NCBI GenBank assembly: GCA_039591655.1
Contig: JBDHDE010000003.1
Location: forward strand, 1 to 64,000
Direction: 5' to 3'
DNA length: 64,000 nucleotides
Source of the DNA: Gemmatimonadota bacterium
GTDB taxonomy: Bacteria > Gemmatimonadota > Gemmatimonadetes > Gemmatimonadales > GWC2-71-9
Numbering within the stretch: position 1 is the first letter of the stretch; every line of letters starts with the position of its first letter. This document shows positions 62,459 to 64,000 of the stretch, piece by piece. The position numbers and the translations under genes are program-made. The notes beneath the pieces were generated by a model, which saw nothing but the letters and a program-made list of their open reading frames with translations, ran no database searches and was not told where the DNA came from.

Positions 62459-63533
62459 CGCCCTCGACCACCTCGATGACGGGCTCGGCACCCGCGGTAA
62501 TCTCACCGATGACTGCGGCGACCGGCGTGTCGTGGGCGTGCAGCGCAGTGAGGAGTTGCTCCGTCCGGTCCGCGGCCACTGCGATGAGCAGGCCGCCGGA
62601 TGTCTGCGCGTCGCACAGCAACGTGCGCGTGGCCTGGTCGACGCCCGGTGCCCAGGCGACGTAGTCCGCGGCCGCCTCGAGGTTCCGCTTCGTCCCTCCG
62701 GGAATGGCACCGTCGCGAATCAGCTCCTCGGTGCGGTCGAACAGCGGCACGGCAGCCGCTGCGATGCGCGCGCCTCGACCGCTGGCGCTCAGCATCGTGT
62801 GTAGGTGCCCCATCAGCCCGAACCCCGTCACGTCCGTGGCAGCGTGCCCGGACTGCCCAGCCTCTTGCATTGCCCGCATGCCGCCGGCGTTCAGCGTCGC
62901 CATCGAGCGGATCGCCTGCGCCATGTCCACTTCGGTGATCATTGCGTGCTTGAGAGCGGTGCTCAGGATCCCCGTTCCCAGCGGCTTGGTGAGGACCAGC
63001 CGGTCCCCCTGCCGGGCACCGGCGTTGGTGATCACGCGGTCCGGGTGCACGTCGCCCACGGCGACCATGCCGAACTTGGGCTCCTTGTCGTCGATGGAGT
63101 GCCCGCCCAGCACGAAGGCGCCCGCCTCCCGCACCTTGTCCCCCCCGCCCCGCATCGTCTCCCCCAAGAGCTCCAGCATGGCCTCGTCCCGCGGCCAGGC
63201 CACCAGGTTGAGGACGAACAGCGGGGTGGCACCCATGGCGTAGAGATCACTCAGGGCGTTCGCCGCCGCGATCGCACCGAACGCGTACGGGTCGTCCACG
63301 ATGGGTGCGAAAAAGTCCACCGTCGCCACGATGGCGCGGTCGTCCGAGGTCCTGAAGACCGCCGCATCGTCGCGCGTGAGCGCGGCCACGAGGATACGTG
63401 AGTCCTCGGCCGCGGGCAAGTGACGCAGGACCTGCGTCAGCTCAGCCGAGCTGAGCTTGCAGGCTCAACCCGCGCCGTGCGACAGCGTAGTGAGCCGGAT
63501 CCGCGGTCGCTGGTCGCGTGGCGTCTCGGTCAT
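62451..63533 (-). CDS. selD: Selenide, water dikinase (selenocysteine-containing)
   Basis: RLTTLSHGAG-TGA-ACKL continues in frame into DDAAV, TVDFF, NALSD, GGHS, TDVTGFG, DAQTSGGLL; UGA at 63465-63467. Confidence 0.95.
63431..63463 (-). promoter_or_regulatory. Putative SECIS hairpin of selD
   Basis: UGA G CCUGC A AGCUCAGC-UCG-GCUGAGCU GAC GCAGG. Confidence 0.6.
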
Positions 63534-63567
63534 TCGCTCTCCGAACTCCTCCGTTATAATACGCGCC

Positions 63568-64000
63568 ATGGGGATCGCCCTGGCCACCGCCTTTGCCCTG
63601 GGCGTGGCGCACGCCCTCGAGGTCGACCATATGGTCGCAGTCAGCGCCTTCATCGGCAACCGGCCCCACGTGCGCACCGCCGTGTCCTTCGGTGTGCGGT
63701 GGGGGCTGGGCCACTCCCTGGTGGTGCTGATCGTAGGTGGCGGCCTCATATGGTCCGGCGTGGCCATTCCCGCGGGCGTCAGCGGCTGGGCCGAGCTCGG
63801 CGTGGGCGCCATGCTCGTGGTCCTCGGCCTCTGGGCGCTGCGTGCCTCCCGACGTATCCATGTGCACGCGCCCCACGATCATGAGGGGCACGCACACCTA
63901 CATGCCCACTCCCCGGCGCAGCATCCCCACAGCCATGCCCACCATGATCCCGCCCGGCGGCACCGGCACCTGTCCACCCTCGTGGGCGCCGTACACGGCC
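63568..64000 (+). CDS. Nickel/cobalt transporter (HoxN/UreH/NiCoT-like), 5' part
   Basis: Manual translation LGVAHALEVDHMVAV, WGLGHS, His-rich loop, VGAVHG; TATAAT at 63555-63560; not in the ORF track. Confidence 0.85.
   Translation, partial: MGIALATAFALGVAHALEVDHMVAVSAFIGNRPHVRTAVSFGVRWGLGHSLVVLIVGGGLIWSGVAIPAGVSGWAELGVGAMLVVLGLWALRASRRIHVHAPHDHEGHAHLHAHSPAQHPHSHAHHDPARRHRHLSTLVGAVHG

Overview
A very GC-rich bacterial chromosome segment with about 60 genes and no rRNA, tRNA, CRISPR array or mobile element that I could recognise. Gene content suggests Gemmatimonadota, which is an inference. The left half (about 3.4-30.8 kb) is a metal and respiration island. It holds a DtxR-FeoA fusion with feoB and a clade II nos operon (nosZ-B-D-F-Y plus hemerythrin and HsmA, no nosL) with a divergent Rrf2 regulator. 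It also holds two monoheme cytochromes c, a Cyc2-like cytochrome-porin, an OmpR-type two-component pair, a DosS-like GAF kinase, tandem ZIP transporters, a ba3-type (B-family) oxidase, and CBS and USP proteins. The right half is mostly housekeeping: EF-G2, thyA-folA, thiolase, RNase H and selD. It also carries an uncharacterised operon (two ATP-grasp ligases, GNAT, KamA) and a GGR, squalene/phytoene synthase and FAD-oxidase module. Main leads: (1) a Cyc2-like porin-cytochrome and cytochromes c beside clade II nosZ and ba3, possibly extracellular electron uptake coupled to N2O or O2 reduction; (2) an unannotated FmdB-type selenoprotein candidate with an fdhF-like SECIS 11 nt after UGA; (3) a roughly 245-nt structured, self-terminated intergenic RNA candidate; (4) the aminomutase/ATP-grasp operon; (5) an RNase H with changes at two catalytic acidic positions. 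All family calls are from motif recognition by eye, with no database searches.
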